Source of the DNA: Octopus sinensis
Lineage: Eukaryota
DNA length: 64,000 nucleotides
Direction: 5' to 3'
Assembly: GCF_006345805.1 (NCBI RefSeq)
Contig: NC_043004.1
Span: 82,894,001-82,958,000 of the forward strand
The first letter of the stretch is position 1. Every line of letters starts with the position of its first letter. Below are positions 13,201 through 25,879 of the stretch, piece by piece. A program made the translations under genes and the position numbers. Below the pieces are notes generated by a model. The model searched no databases and was not told where the DNA came from. It saw only the letters and a list, made by a program, of their open reading frames with translations.

Positions 13201-13799
13201 TGCTTCCGTGTAAACGGTGAAAATATTGTCAATTTCCCCAAACAGGGACACAATTCAATTTTTAAGCAATAACCAAAGCTCCTTCTCCCAATGAGGGAGG
13301 GTTACAGTTTACAATTATTTAACAAATGCAACACAACAATGTTTCCTTTACGAGGAACCAACAAACGTGATAACAATAGTTAAACAGTAATAATAATAAC
13401 AACAAACCTTACGATGAGTCAGAAAGCAGTAATCAGTTGAAGCTTTAGTCCTTTATGTATAAGAAATAAACCAACAGCAGTACTCTGTATGAGCAGCTGT
13501 TCGAGAAAACAGATATTACATACAGCCAAACTTCATATAGATACTTAATGCTAGCTAATTAGCAGATAATCTAATGTAAATGCACAGCTCCATCTGGACT
13601 ATTCCATTTCTGCATGCTAATTTTATTTTTAATTTATTCCCATTCATGTGAAACCACTTATTCAAGTTCAAGTCATTGATGCAATTTTATACCAATTGCT
13701 ATTTTTAATTTTGTTATGTTACGATTATATTATGTTTTAGTTTGATTTTAATTATTACTTACTACATATAATTCAATTGTTATTATTATTTTTATTGTT

Positions 13800-14065
13800 A
13801 AAGTGAAAGCATCTGACATAAAAGAAAGAAATATTTTTGTTTCCCTTTTAACATGTAATACTGAAATAGTGGAGAAGATATGATATTGCTATGGCCTCGC
13901 TCTAGGCAAGAAGTTGAACATTGTTTTGCCCATGAAACTACATGGACCCTAAGTAAGGCATGTGTAAAGTTTGAATGAGATTGGTGGTGTAGTTCTCAAG
14001 TTTTAGGGAAACACATAGACAGACAGACAGACTGACACACATTCTCAGTTTTACATATATAGAGA
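13800..14065 (+). mobile_element. Helitron/HINE (DINE-1-like) non-autonomous element, 3' part
   Basis: Ends ...gtaaagtttgaatgagattgg...acatagacagacagacagactgacacacattctcagttttacatatatagagat, the usual HINE-type terminus with (GACA)n. Confidence 0.45.
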
Positions 14066-14619
14066 TATATATAACATGAAGGTTTCAGATCTAGTTTACA
14101 TGTGGGTGTATATATTTAAGATAGAAAACTATGATAAATATGTAAAAACGCATAAGAGATTTGTATAATCAAAATTTCTGACAATGATTTATGAAATATA
14201 TTTTTGTAGTCAAAAATTATTGTCAACAATATTAATGGCGCCTCCATGATTCAAAACTGAGATTTCGAAGCTTGATGAGCGTAAGACGCGCAACTGGAGC
14301 GTCCAGTAATACAACTCGTTGTTTCATTATGATATTAATATTAGCATAAATCTTTATTATACAAACCTCCTGTGCGTTTTTACATGTTTCTTTCGTATAT
14401 ATATATATATATATATATACATGATTGTATACGTACGTTAATTCCAAAATTACGAAGTAATTCCGAACACCCAGAAACAGCTGTCGAAACTGTAACAACA
14501 TACATCATCCTCTTAAATTTTCTGCTCCTTTGTACTATGTGTACGTGCCCTCTGCTAATGTATATATGTGGCTCTTTCCGCGGTATTTTCTTCACTCACG
14601 CATCCAAAATTTACCTTGT

Positions 14620-14990
14620 TTATTTCAATCATTTCACTCCGGCTATGCTGGACCAGCGCCTTCAGTCGAACATATCGACCTCCGAACTTATTTTTTGTAA
14701 GCCTAGTACTTATTGTAACGGTTTTTTTTCGGAACCGCTAAGTTACGGGGACGTAAACAAACCGACATCAGTTGCCAAGCGATCGTGGAAGATAAACACA
14801 AAACTACACTCACACACATACATATATTGGCTTCCTTCAGCTTCCGTCTACCGAATCTACTCACAAGGATTTGGTCGGCCCGAAGCTATAGTAGAAGATA
14901 CTTGTCCAAAGTGCCACGCAGTAGGACTGAACCAGAACCATGCGGCTGGTAAGCAAGCTATTTACCACTTAGTCACTCCGGTACCTAATA
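14620..14990 (+). mobile_element. SINE (OK-like), diverged
   Basis: Homologous to 7590-8040. Confidence 0.7.
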
Positions 14991-15329
14991 GTCATATTTT
15001 GTGAAAACGGAAAAATGATTTTCGTTCTACCGTTGCTTATGTATTAATTAGCATATTTTCCCTAATTTCTAATTTTGGCCGTCGCGGAAGCGAAAATGTT
15101 TGTTGTTTTGCTCGAAATAAATAGAAACAAACTTTAACTGATTAAAAGTATTGGGACATGGACGACTTTTTAAGGGAACGACTAAATCAGTTATGTCGAA
15201 AACCTGAATCTGCTTCAGAGAAACAACGGTGTTCCTTTGTCAAATAAATGATTTTCTCTAAATAAATGATTTTCAACATTTCAAGGAATTTAAGTCTTGC
15301 TAGTTCTCGTACAAATGGCCAATTCAGAA

Positions 15330-16140
15330 GTTGCATTTCAGAACCTATGTTTTTAGACCAGAGCTACTCAATAATGTTTTCAAAATAGCCAGAGGTTTGT
15401 TTTTGTTTCTGTCCTGTCCAAGGTACATAAGTTGTTTTTTTTTGTTGTTGCAGCGTGGAAATTTTGTTGCGAAGAGGAAATCTGTCGCAGAAAATGAGTG
15501 GAGTCCAAATGCAAACAGTCTGCTGTCTTAACCCGATTCGTTGTGGAGATAGAGCCCAAAATGTCCAAAATATGTAGTTAGTGGGTTATTAGCTGAAGTG
15601 TTTGCTGATGCTAGTGAAGATTCCGTGGCATCTTATTTATCGGTGGGTGACTGGCGAAGATAGGCGAGTGAGAAAGCTGTTCTAGGAATGTACTATTGCT
15701 AAGGCAAAAGAAGAACTTGTGGATCTTTACAACCGTTCAGCAGGCATATTTACAACAATAACCGGCGGTTTGCAGAGCTCAAGTTCCTCAAACAAAATCT
15801 GAAAACTGGTGAAATGATCATTCAAAAATATTTTTCAGAAAATTTTCAACTGAAGCACTAGAAAGAAGTGATGGCAGCTCACTGGTCCAGCAACATAGTT
15901 ACTCTCTTCACTGCCGTGGCTGACATCAAGGATGAAAAATGTGAAATTGAGCATATATCATATATAATTGTTTCTGATGAAATGAAGCACGAAAAGTGCA
16001 GTGTCTATGCATTCAACACAGCCATTAGCAAAGAGGCTAAGCAGTTAACCCATGCCTCCAAAATACACTACTAGAGCGATGGTGCTGGTTGTCAGTTCAA
16101 AACAAGTAAACACTGGCGATCTTGCTTTATCATGAGTTGT
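15330..16140 (+). mobile_element. Degenerate DDE/DDD DNA transposase relic (family unassigned)
   Basis: HWSSNIVTLFTAV...SYIIVSDEMKHEKCSVYAF...KIHY*SDGAGCQFK resembles the catalytic SDG..QFK region of eukaryotic DNA transposases. Confidence 0.45.
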
Positions 16141-17490
16141 AATTAACAAGAAGAATGAGATGGAAGTTCCAACTTTATGATAAAGAACAAAATATTGAAG
16201 GAAACTTTAACGAAAATATCAATGGAGATCTTATGAAAATTAGAAGTTTTAAATCTAGAAAATTATCCCCCAGAAAACACAAAACTTATAATGGAAATTA
16301 CTAGAAAATATTAAGTTTAAGAAAAATATTTTCGAGAATAAACACTTACTAAAATTAAAGACCAAAGTAAATGAATTTAAGAAAATGAAAGGAGTAATCA
16401 TACAAGCGGACACAAGTGGAAAATTTTATAATGTAGACGAGAAATTATATCACATAAGGAAAAACTTGTAAAAATACGAAACAGTAAATAAAAATGTTCT
16501 CACATCTTTTAATCTCAAAGCTAAGAAAATAATGAATGAATAGAAATTTGACAGAGATTTATGAACCTTCTAGACCAAGATTATGCTTAAAAGACCATAA
16601 AGAAAATTTTGAAATCGATCCTAATATAAGGCTGATATAACCATGTAAATCTGAAATTGGAAAACCTAGCAAAGGAATTATAGATAAGTATTTACACTCT
16701 GTACAAACCACAATTAAACCTAGCCTATGTTCAAGAACACAAGATGCAACTAATTGGTTCACAAAGATTCAAGACAAGAAAATATGCAAAATTTATCAAA
16801 TTGACATTAACGGTTATTACCAAACTATCGACAATAGTTGTTTTTTAAATATGACACTCAAATTTGGTAAGAATAGAACAAATTTGTCCATGAAAGAAAT
16901 AAAAATTATATTCGCAGCTAGAAAAACAGTGATATTCCATGAAGATAAATATTGGGGAAGAAAAGATACATCAGATAGTTTCGATATACCAATGGGTGCA
17001 CAGGATTCTGCAGAGGTAATCGACATATTCGGTATCTATCTACTAAATAAGTTTAATGAGAAATTTCATGAATTACGAAAAGGCGGACTATATCGAGGCA
17101 AAAACGAGACTGCATAAATTCTTTAAGAACCAAGTCTATCGATATCAATGGAAAAATGAGAATGAGTCTAGAGAGTGAACCAAGAGAAGCAACATGTGGC
17201 AAGGGGGACAACTAACTCCTTAGTATAATTTTTAAAATGGTCAAATTTGCATATGGAGGTGTGGTCTGTACTTTTGTAGGAACAGGTTTTCCTTCTTTAG
17301 GCGTTCTTGTAGTGAGATTGAATCTTTCCATTGCAATAATGGGAAGATATGAAAGTACGGCGTTTTATTACTAGCTCATCTGTCGAGATGTCCGCTTAGT
17401 GGTATCTGTCTGTATTGAGATATACAAGTCTCTTCTTTATGCAACGTGACTCTGCGTCTCTAAGGAAGGCTCGTTTGGCTCATATAATTG
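16140..17490 (+). mobile_element. Penelope-like element relic (RT + GIY-YIG region)
   Basis: IFAARKTVIFHEDKYWGRK...FDIPMGAQDSAEVIDIFGIYLL...GGLYR matches PLE RT motifs (MG...GLYRDD); many stops and frameshifts. Confidence 0.65.
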
Positions 17491-17895
17491 TGATCACCAC
17501 CTTAAACAGTTTAGGACATAGCTACGGTTCTGGGAAGCACATGTCAAGTTGGTCTTAATTGGAAATCGCATTTCAGCAAGGACAAAAATTCTATATTTTT
17601 TCCACATATTTTCAACCTGTATATATATATATATATATATATACCTACATCCATATAGGTGTGTGTCTCTGCAGGCTGTATATAGAGTGTGGTTGTATCT
17701 GACCATATACACAAACGTAAGAATATTTGGACTAGTTCTTATTAGAGTATGCCTGCGTAGTTCTATGCATATCTATGCCTATATTTGTATGAGTCTAGGC
17801 ACCTCTTTTTAACTATACATATGTAGGTGTATGTATATTTATGAGTACGGATGTATATACGTGTATGCATGTGGCTATGTATATTTGTATGAATT

Positions 17896-17950
<55 letters not shown>

Positions 17951-18185
17951 GTGGCCTGCTCGCTTAGCCAGCGGGGTGGCATCGTTCGAAGGCTAAAACA
18001 ATGCGAACGCATTGTGACCAGCGATATGTAGCAACATCTGATGGTCTGGTCGGTCACGTGATATCACGTGACGTGATATATATACGTATGTATGTGTTAA
18101 TGTCCCTGTGTATGTATATATATATATGTGTATGTATACGTGTATATATATATAAGTCTATATGTATGTATGCGTATGTATGTGG

Positions 18186-18234
<49 letters not shown>

Positions 18235-19308
18235 TGGAATAAGGGTTATTACATATATATATATATGTGTGTGTGTGTTTGTGCGTGTGCGTGTGTGTGT
18301 GTGTGCGCACGCAAGCAGTTATGGCTGTATGTATGTAGATGTATATGCGTGAATATAAGTATTATGTATGTATATGTATATTTGCATGTCTGCCCTTCTG
18401 CCTGCATATAATTATCCAAGGAGCGCGTATACGCATACATATACGTGTGTATGTCTATGTTTATGTATATAGGACAGGCATATATGAATGTACACGCATC
18501 TGTATGTATTATCATCTTCATCATCATCATTATCACCACCACCACCATTATCACCATCATCATCATCATCATCATCATCATCCTCATCTCCATCATCAGT
18601 ATGAATAGTTTTACCTTACTGAGTCGTATCCTAGCTCTCAGATGGTCGCTTATCAATTTTCCAATGAGAATAAGTGACCGAAATATCATAAATCTTTCTG
18701 AACGGATGGCATGTCTATAGTATTGTTAATAACAACTGACTGAACTTGAGCAAAGTTATGTGAATTCTTGGAATATTTATGTCATTCGATGTCTTCAGTG
18801 TAACAAAACTCTCCAGTTATAGAGGGAAAATTTAAATGTTTTGTTGAAGAGTAACTGGAAGTGTACCCGGCTCATTAAGAGGTTCCTGAAAACGACAGAA
18901 ACTGGTTAACGGATTCGTTTTCCTAAGGAAAAAGGAATTTTGTAGAAAAGGAATTTTCCCCTTGATCGGTCGGAGGAGTTATTTCCTAGCACAATCACAG
19001 TCAGCTAAAAACACTTTGATTCACTGTAAAACAAAATAGCATATTGGAAGTTGTCTCTCTATCTGTCTGTTCACATCACTCCTCTGGATTTCTTTTCTCT
19101 TTGTCTCTGTTTGCAAATGTATATAAAACGCTCATAATTGTACATAAAATGTTTCATGTTTCATCTATTCTAAACAAGAATATTAAGGGAATACATTCAT
19201 TTGAACATTTCAGGCGAAATATTTTGATAAAAACTCACGAAATAATTATATCTGATTAGATGTATTTAAGAATGCTGAAGAGGTAAGAATTAGAACGTGA
19301 GTACTTAC

Positions 19309-20391
19309 ACTGAAATTTAACTGTAGTCCTTTGAATATTACTACCAGGCATGTAAGTGCTGTTAATATTCCGCTCACAATTTGCAATATGTAACCTTTTC
19401 CAGCCACTAAGTTATTTGCTACTTCATACGCTATAACACAACAAATAACCATAAATGTAAATACTGAAATACCGCCTCCGCCTTTAGATATAGCGTTCAC
19501 AAATTTCAGCAAATGACAAAGTCTTCCATGCTGGTAAATAATCTGATAAATAATTTTATTGAAATGATTACGCGAGACAAATATTCTTCTATTTTCCCCG
19601 TGCATATTCCGCAAGACTTTTTCAAGTTTATCTGACAAACATTTAAACTCATCTGTCATATATTTGAATAACACAACATTCATTACATTGTTTGGCATCG
19701 TTAGTAGGTTTGCCAATATTTGTGTCATGAAATTTATTAACAAAACAAATTGAAATAAGCCGCTTTCACGTGTTAGTGGGAAACCCATCACATCAAAAAA
19801 ATATTCCGGTTCTTTTAACACTATTGGCAATATAAGGTAGATTGTAAGACACAGCACTAGAATTATACAAATATTTAATGCGATTTGTAACATTCCTATT
19901 TTATTATATTTAGCCATATGTTTATCACTTTGGTTTACTGGAATATAACTAGGAAATTCTTGGAGAAACTGAATGACAAATTGTCTATTCCAAATTATAT
20001 TTATTGCAAGCATATTGGGAAATGTCTTCATGTATAGAAGAAGACTTTTTGCCAAAAGTGGCCCGGGTTTTTCACTGGAGTATTTTGCTAAGATAAACCA
20101 TGGCAAACGTATGAAATCAACAATAATCACGAAATACAACAAAAGTAGCAAACAATACAGAGTCCGTTTTTTTAATCCAGATGATTTCCATATGTTGATG
20201 TTCATTTTAGAAGGAAACCTAAGAAATATTGAAAGTTTTTCTACTTTCTCCAGCAATATATTTAGAGCAGTGTCCTTAACAGCATTTAATTTGTATTGGG
20301 TGGTATTTATATCCAGAGGATCATATATGTTAACGATAGTGTGGTACGTTGCCTTACTTGGAAGGGCAGTTGATGAAGAGAGCAAAGCCAT
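19309..20391 (-). CDS. GR/OR-like receptor exon 3: N-terminus + TM1-TM6, 361 codons
   Basis: ATG at 20391 (MALLSS...); intact; WKSSGLKKR, IWNR, PVNQSDKHMAKYNK, DEFKCLSDKLE, HGRLCHLLKFVN, GLQLNFS; AGT|GTAAGT donor at 19309/19308. Confidence 0.87.
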
Positions 20392-20680
20392 TCTATAATC
20401 ATGTACGTATAAAATTATTTCTACGAAAACTCCTGGCGGTTGTAATAACCTGATCCTGTATGTGTATAAAATTCAATGAACACAAGCCATACAACATATA
20501 TATTAAGTGTTCTTCCAATAAATTAAAACCTCACCCTCTATGTAAATAAACTAATCAGTTTTCTTTTCCATGATAACCATTAACACATTATTTATTATTG
20601 AGTTACTATCTATTACGTAAATAATCTTACTAATTTATTTCACATGATTGTGACAGAGCCATGATTAATTAATGTGCTAT

Positions 20681-20826
20681 ATTACTAATATATTCAAACA
20701 AAGGCATGTAACTACTCGATATTATATGAAACACTAATGATAGCGGATTGGTTTTATCGTTAAGACACCGGAAATATAACTTGTATTACATGTCTCGATT
20801 TAGTACACTCCAAGATCAAATAGCAC
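20681..20826 (-). promoter_or_regulatory. Conserved non-coding block upstream of exon 3 (candidate promoter, CCAAT box)
   Basis: Aligns by eye with 31293-31445 upstream of exon 4 (tactaata..., ctcgat, gattggttt, tagtac.ctcca.ga, agcac); gattgg reads CCAATC on the minus strand. Confidence 0.5.
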
Positions 20827-21472
20827 CGATGTCGACTTTGTTAATATAACTACGCTGGGGCTGATATTACTACCTATAAGTCATGCTCTTAACTATATAA
20901 TAACATATAAAAATGTGTGGATACCTTATGATTCGTACTCAAAAGCAAATCCTATAATTATTGCTCAGATACAGATTTAGTCTGTGATACGATTACATCA
21001 ACAAGTATAATCCTTTCCTCTAAAGATACAAAGCCTGAAATTCTGCGGGAAGAGAAAAGTCGATTACATCGACCGCACTGTTTCACTGTTGCTTAATTTG
21101 TCGGCCCGGAAAGGATGAATGTCAAAGCTGACCTCGGCAGCATTTCACCTGTATTTTTGTTCTGAGTCCAAACTGCAAAGGATTCTACCATCTCGCCACC
21201 TTTGCATTGCCAAATATAATGCGAATGGAATTATCCAATTTCAAACTGCGTCTCAGTCATATTTGGAAAAAATAAATGTTTTCTCCAGCAATAACACACT
21301 ACGTACTAGTTTCCTTAAAAGCGTCTAGTGCTTGACTGGTTCTTGATTTCATCGACTATGAAGAATGAATGACAAAGTAGACCTCACTGAATTTGAACTC
21401 TGAACATAAGGATGAACGAAATACCGATAAGCATTTTGCCCGGCGTGCTAACAATACTGCCAGCTAGCAGCC

Positions 21473-21568
<96 letters not shown>

Positions 21569-21574
21569 CTTTAA

Positions 21575-21698
21575 AAAAAAAATGAACGATCTATTGTGTT
21601 TAATGGCCTACCAATGTATACTATGAGTTTCTTTGCCCTAGGAGTCGGGAAGACACTCGGCAAGAAATGGAAGCAAATTTGAAAGAAGAAGAAAATAA

Positions 21699-21769
<71 letters not shown>

Positions 21770-22150
21770 ACTCACATAAAAAATTGACCATCAATAGGCC
21801 GGATATATTTGTCAGAGATCATCCAGAAAAATGTTTTCTGATCGATCTACCAATACCAAAAGAGGACAACGTTTCTTTAAAAGAAATGGAGAAAATTTCA
21901 AAATACAAATACTTGGAGATAGAGGTAACGCGAATGTGGAGCCTAAAAGCAGAAACAGTTCTTATCATAGGTGGCGCATTAGGTATGATTAAAAAACATT
22001 CAGACAAATACATAGCAAAATCCCCAAGACTTACAAGCAAATATGACATACTGAAAATAGCGCCTCTAGGCACCGCACACATCCTACGTAAAAGATTTCC
22101 AGTACAGTGAAAATAAGAGCATCACCACCAGCCACAGTACATGCCGTGAG
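21575..22150 (+). mobile_element. Tandem R4/Dong 3' fragments: subfamily B 3' UTR, (AAT)n, diverged subfamily A endonuclease fragment
   Basis: 21575-21700 matches 53370-53483; 21770-22110 encodes RPDIFVRD...EDNVSLKEMEKISKY...GTAHILRK; flanked by (AAT)n. Confidence 0.8.
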
Positions 22151-23244
22151 GTACTTTGTCTTCTTGAACAAAACAATTCATCTGACGTTGCTCTGCGATG
22201 ACTTCGACACCTGATGTGTTGTACGGTACAGTTGTTCACAGAATGACAATCCGATCGAGAGAGTGAGCTAATGTGTGACAGGAACATTTGATCACTATAA
22301 TGAAATCGCTTGTGTAGATCGTTTGGCTGACGCTGAAGTCACCTACGTCGTTCTCTGCGAGAGAGTCTACAATTTTTACCAGTATTGCGTTGGTGAGCGA
22401 TGCATGCTTTCAAAATGACTGTAGTTACACTATACTCTTCTGATATGGGTACCTCAGATGCATGCGTTATTAAGATAAACTGTTCATGATCTTACTGTAA
22501 GAGATTTCTTGAGTTCCCTGAATAAGCTTTGTTAAATGAAGATGAACAAGACACGCGTATTTCCAGAGGTGAATTACTCAAATCGCAAAGATTTCCTACA
22601 TATGGCTCTGATTCCTCTCCACTACCTATGCTCGCGGTCAGAGATGCACATATCGTCAGCCGTTAAGGGACATGCTCAACTACTTAAGGTGAGGAACATA
22701 ACAAGCAAATCTGCAGTATTGAGCAGAATATTTGATGTAGCCTATAATTGTATACCAGGACAAAACATGCACATGGTAACACTTCAATTCAATTAAAACT
22801 AGAAGCCATGAGATCCAGAACCTGGTACCAGAGCAGGTCATTTGCTATTATTATAATAATGTTGATTTCAAGCCTTTGCACAAAGCCAGCAATTTCGGTG
22901 AATAGTTAAGTCGATTATATCGAGCCCAGTGTTCAAGTGGTACCGTTACAAAAAATAGATCAATGAATTATGTGTATAGCTGGAAATAATTACAAAAATT
23001 CTAAAATATTTACAGCACAGCACAGAAATTACTAAAGGCAGAGATCAAAATCAGGTGATCATGTGTGGAGTGGGATAAAAGGACAAGTATGGAATTCAAA
23101 GAGAGTGTGAGAAACAGATGGAAGAGAAACCTTTACGTGGTCATCTTTGGAAACCCATTGAGGATGTTCGTGGATCAATACTCTAGGTCTGGATGAAAAA
23201 AAGGGGAATTAAAAAATAAACTGAGAGCATTTATTATAGCAGCC

Positions 23245-24090
23245 AAACCAGCTTACCACGAAGAATGTGTTATCAAGAAATTTCAGTAAGCGCCAGGATG
23301 TAAAACGAGCAAGACTGATGAAAAGATACAAAATTTGGCAATAAGCGCTATACCTAGCTTTCGCCATTAACATTTAGAAACGTAAATGTCCGTGGTTCAT
23401 CAGTGAAGCCGTCCCATGGAAGACATAATTCACGGAACTAGACACATTCTGTCGCTTGCTGAAATTTCTTGAGAACACATTCATTCTTCGTGGTAAGACG
23501 ATTTCGCGCCTTCTGCTAGCTTATTTGGAATCCATCTAGGTGGTTATTCTTATATATGTACGTAATATATTTTCTTAATCTTCGGATTTTTTAAAGTATG
23601 CTAGGCCACTAGTTTTAAGTTTATATTAATTAAATAATATTAATTTCTATTCTGATTATTTAATTTTTAAATAACCATGTTCTTTAACAGGTAAATTCGC
23701 TGCGGAAATTTATTAACTGCAGAGCTCTTTCCGGTTTCAGCGCGCCAAAATGAAGACATTTGAAATATACCCTTAAATATAATTGGCAGAGCGTTATAAT
23801 ACATGTCCTCTTTCGGGAGGATGTCTTGTGTCTAGTTCTATGAATGATGTCTTCCATGCGACGGCTTGACTGATGAACCACGGATAATTTACGTTTGTAA
23901 ATGTTAATGGCGAAATCTAGGTATGTAGATTATTACCTAAGTTTGTATCTTTTCATTTGCCTTGCTGGGTTTTTTATTCTGGCGTTTGCTGAAATTCCTT
24001 GAGAAAACTTTCTTCGTGGCAAGACGATTTAGCGTCTTCTTCTAGAATATTAGGAATCTACCTTGGTGGTTATTCCTCTTATATATGTAT
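23245..24090. repeat. Inverted and direct copies of a ~270-bp repeat with CTGATGA...GAAA motif (pLTR-like)
   Basis: 23245-23445 (minus) matches 23820-24020 (plus); a partial plus copy lies at 23455-23560. Confidence 0.7.
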
Positions 24091-24443
24091 AATGTTTGTT
24101 AAAGTATAATGAACGAATCAAACATATTTTCAGATGTGATTTCTTCAAACCGCAAAAACTTCCTCTCAGCACATGGCTATGATGCTATTACACCTGCTCG
24201 TCATCAAAAATGCACATTTCATCAGCCGCTATGGGACATGCTCATCTAGATAAGTTGAAACAACTGACGAGAAAATATACAGGTTTGAGCAGAATATTTG
24301 CAGCCCATCTTTTATACCAGACGAAACATGTACATAATGGTATCTCATATAATTTAAGATTAGAAGCCATGAGAGCCAGTGATGGTACTGCATCATATTG
24401 ATAATAATCATAATAATAATAATAATAATAATATTTAATAATA

Positions 24444-24525
<82 letters not shown>

Positions 24526-25195
24526 GAGTGAGAGAGCAGTGCATGCCATCACAGTGACACCGGGGTAAAATATACGAAGCCCAGTATACCCATCATGGTT
24601 ACCCGTCTGATAAGGGTAAACTAGGCACATGCATCACAACAATATGTGCGGAACATGGTGATCTTATATCAAGATAAACAGGACATGACCTTGCAGGTGG
24701 GGCCAGTTATAATTTTCTTCTTGATGAGTATCCCATCCCGCTCAAAATGTCCCTGATTAATGATTGTTTAAGGATGTTGAACAAACCACCCATGTTTCCA
24801 AAGGTGAATTATTCAAACCCTAAAGAATCCCTCTCAACACAAGGCTATGATGCTCTCCCACTACTTCTGTTCGTGATCAGAGATGTACATATCGTCAGCC
24901 ACTAAGGGACATGCTCAACTGGTTAAGGTCAAACAGCTGACCAGCAAATCTGTAGTATTGAGCAGAATGTTTGCTCTAGCCCATCTTTTATACCAAGACA
25001 AAACAATGTGCATAAAAACACTTCCAATCAGTTAAGATCAGAAGCCATGAGAACCACTGTCTGCTACCACATCAGGGCATTTTATCATCATCATCATCAT
25101 CATCGTCGTCGTCGTCATCGTCGTCGTCGTCATCGTCATCGTCATCGTCTTCATCGTCATCGTCGTCGTCGTCGTCGTCATCGTCATCGTCATCG

Positions 25196-25247
<52 letters not shown>

Positions 25248-25774
25248 TATTATTATCATTAATATTATTATTGAGTGAGAGAGCAGTGCATGCCATCAAA
25301 GTGTCACTGGGGTAAAATATACGAAGCCCAATATACCCATCATGACTACCCGTCTGATAAAGGTACACTAGGCACATGCATCACAACCATATGTGCGCGA
25401 CATGGTGATCTCATATCAAGATAAACAGCACATGACCTTGCAGGTGGGGCCCAGTTAGAATTTTCTTCAGGTTGAGTAGCCCATCCCGCTCAAAAGGTCC
25501 CTGAATAAGGGTTGTTTAAGGATGTTGAATGAACCACCCATGTTTCCAGAGGTGAATTATTCAAACCCCAAAGAATCCCTCTCAACACATGGCTATGATG
25601 CTCCCCCACTACTTCTGCTCGTGATCAGAGATGCACATATCGTCAGCCACTAAGGGACATGCTCAACTGGTTAAGGTCAAACAACTGACATGCAAATCTG
25701 TGGTATTGAGCAGAATATTTGCTGCAGCCCATCTTTTATACCAAAACAAAACAATGTACATGATAACAATTCCA

Positions 25775-25775
<1 letters not shown>
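24526..25775 (-). mobile_element. Two minus-strand copies of the AAT-flanked ~560-bp element (24526-25082; 25273-25775) separated by a (CAT/CGT)n tract
   Basis: Reverse complement of 9247-9803; 3' ends abut (ATT)n on the plus strand. Older partial minus copies lie at 22540-22830 and 24140-24400. Confidence 0.82.
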
Positions 25776-25825
<50 letters not shown>

Positions 25826-25879
25826 TCAAAATGTGGCACTAGGCCAAGAAATTCCTGTAAGGTGTAGGTTGTCTATATT

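Noticed and set aside
14420-14525. Plus-strand VETVTTYIILLNF and minus-strand LFLGVRNYFVILEL, both resembling a TM7 motif
   Set aside because: The first is on the wrong strand with wrong spacing; the second runs into a (TA)n tract without a stop. The region contains gaaacagctgtc, typical of Penelope pLTR relics, so it is probably repeat-derived.
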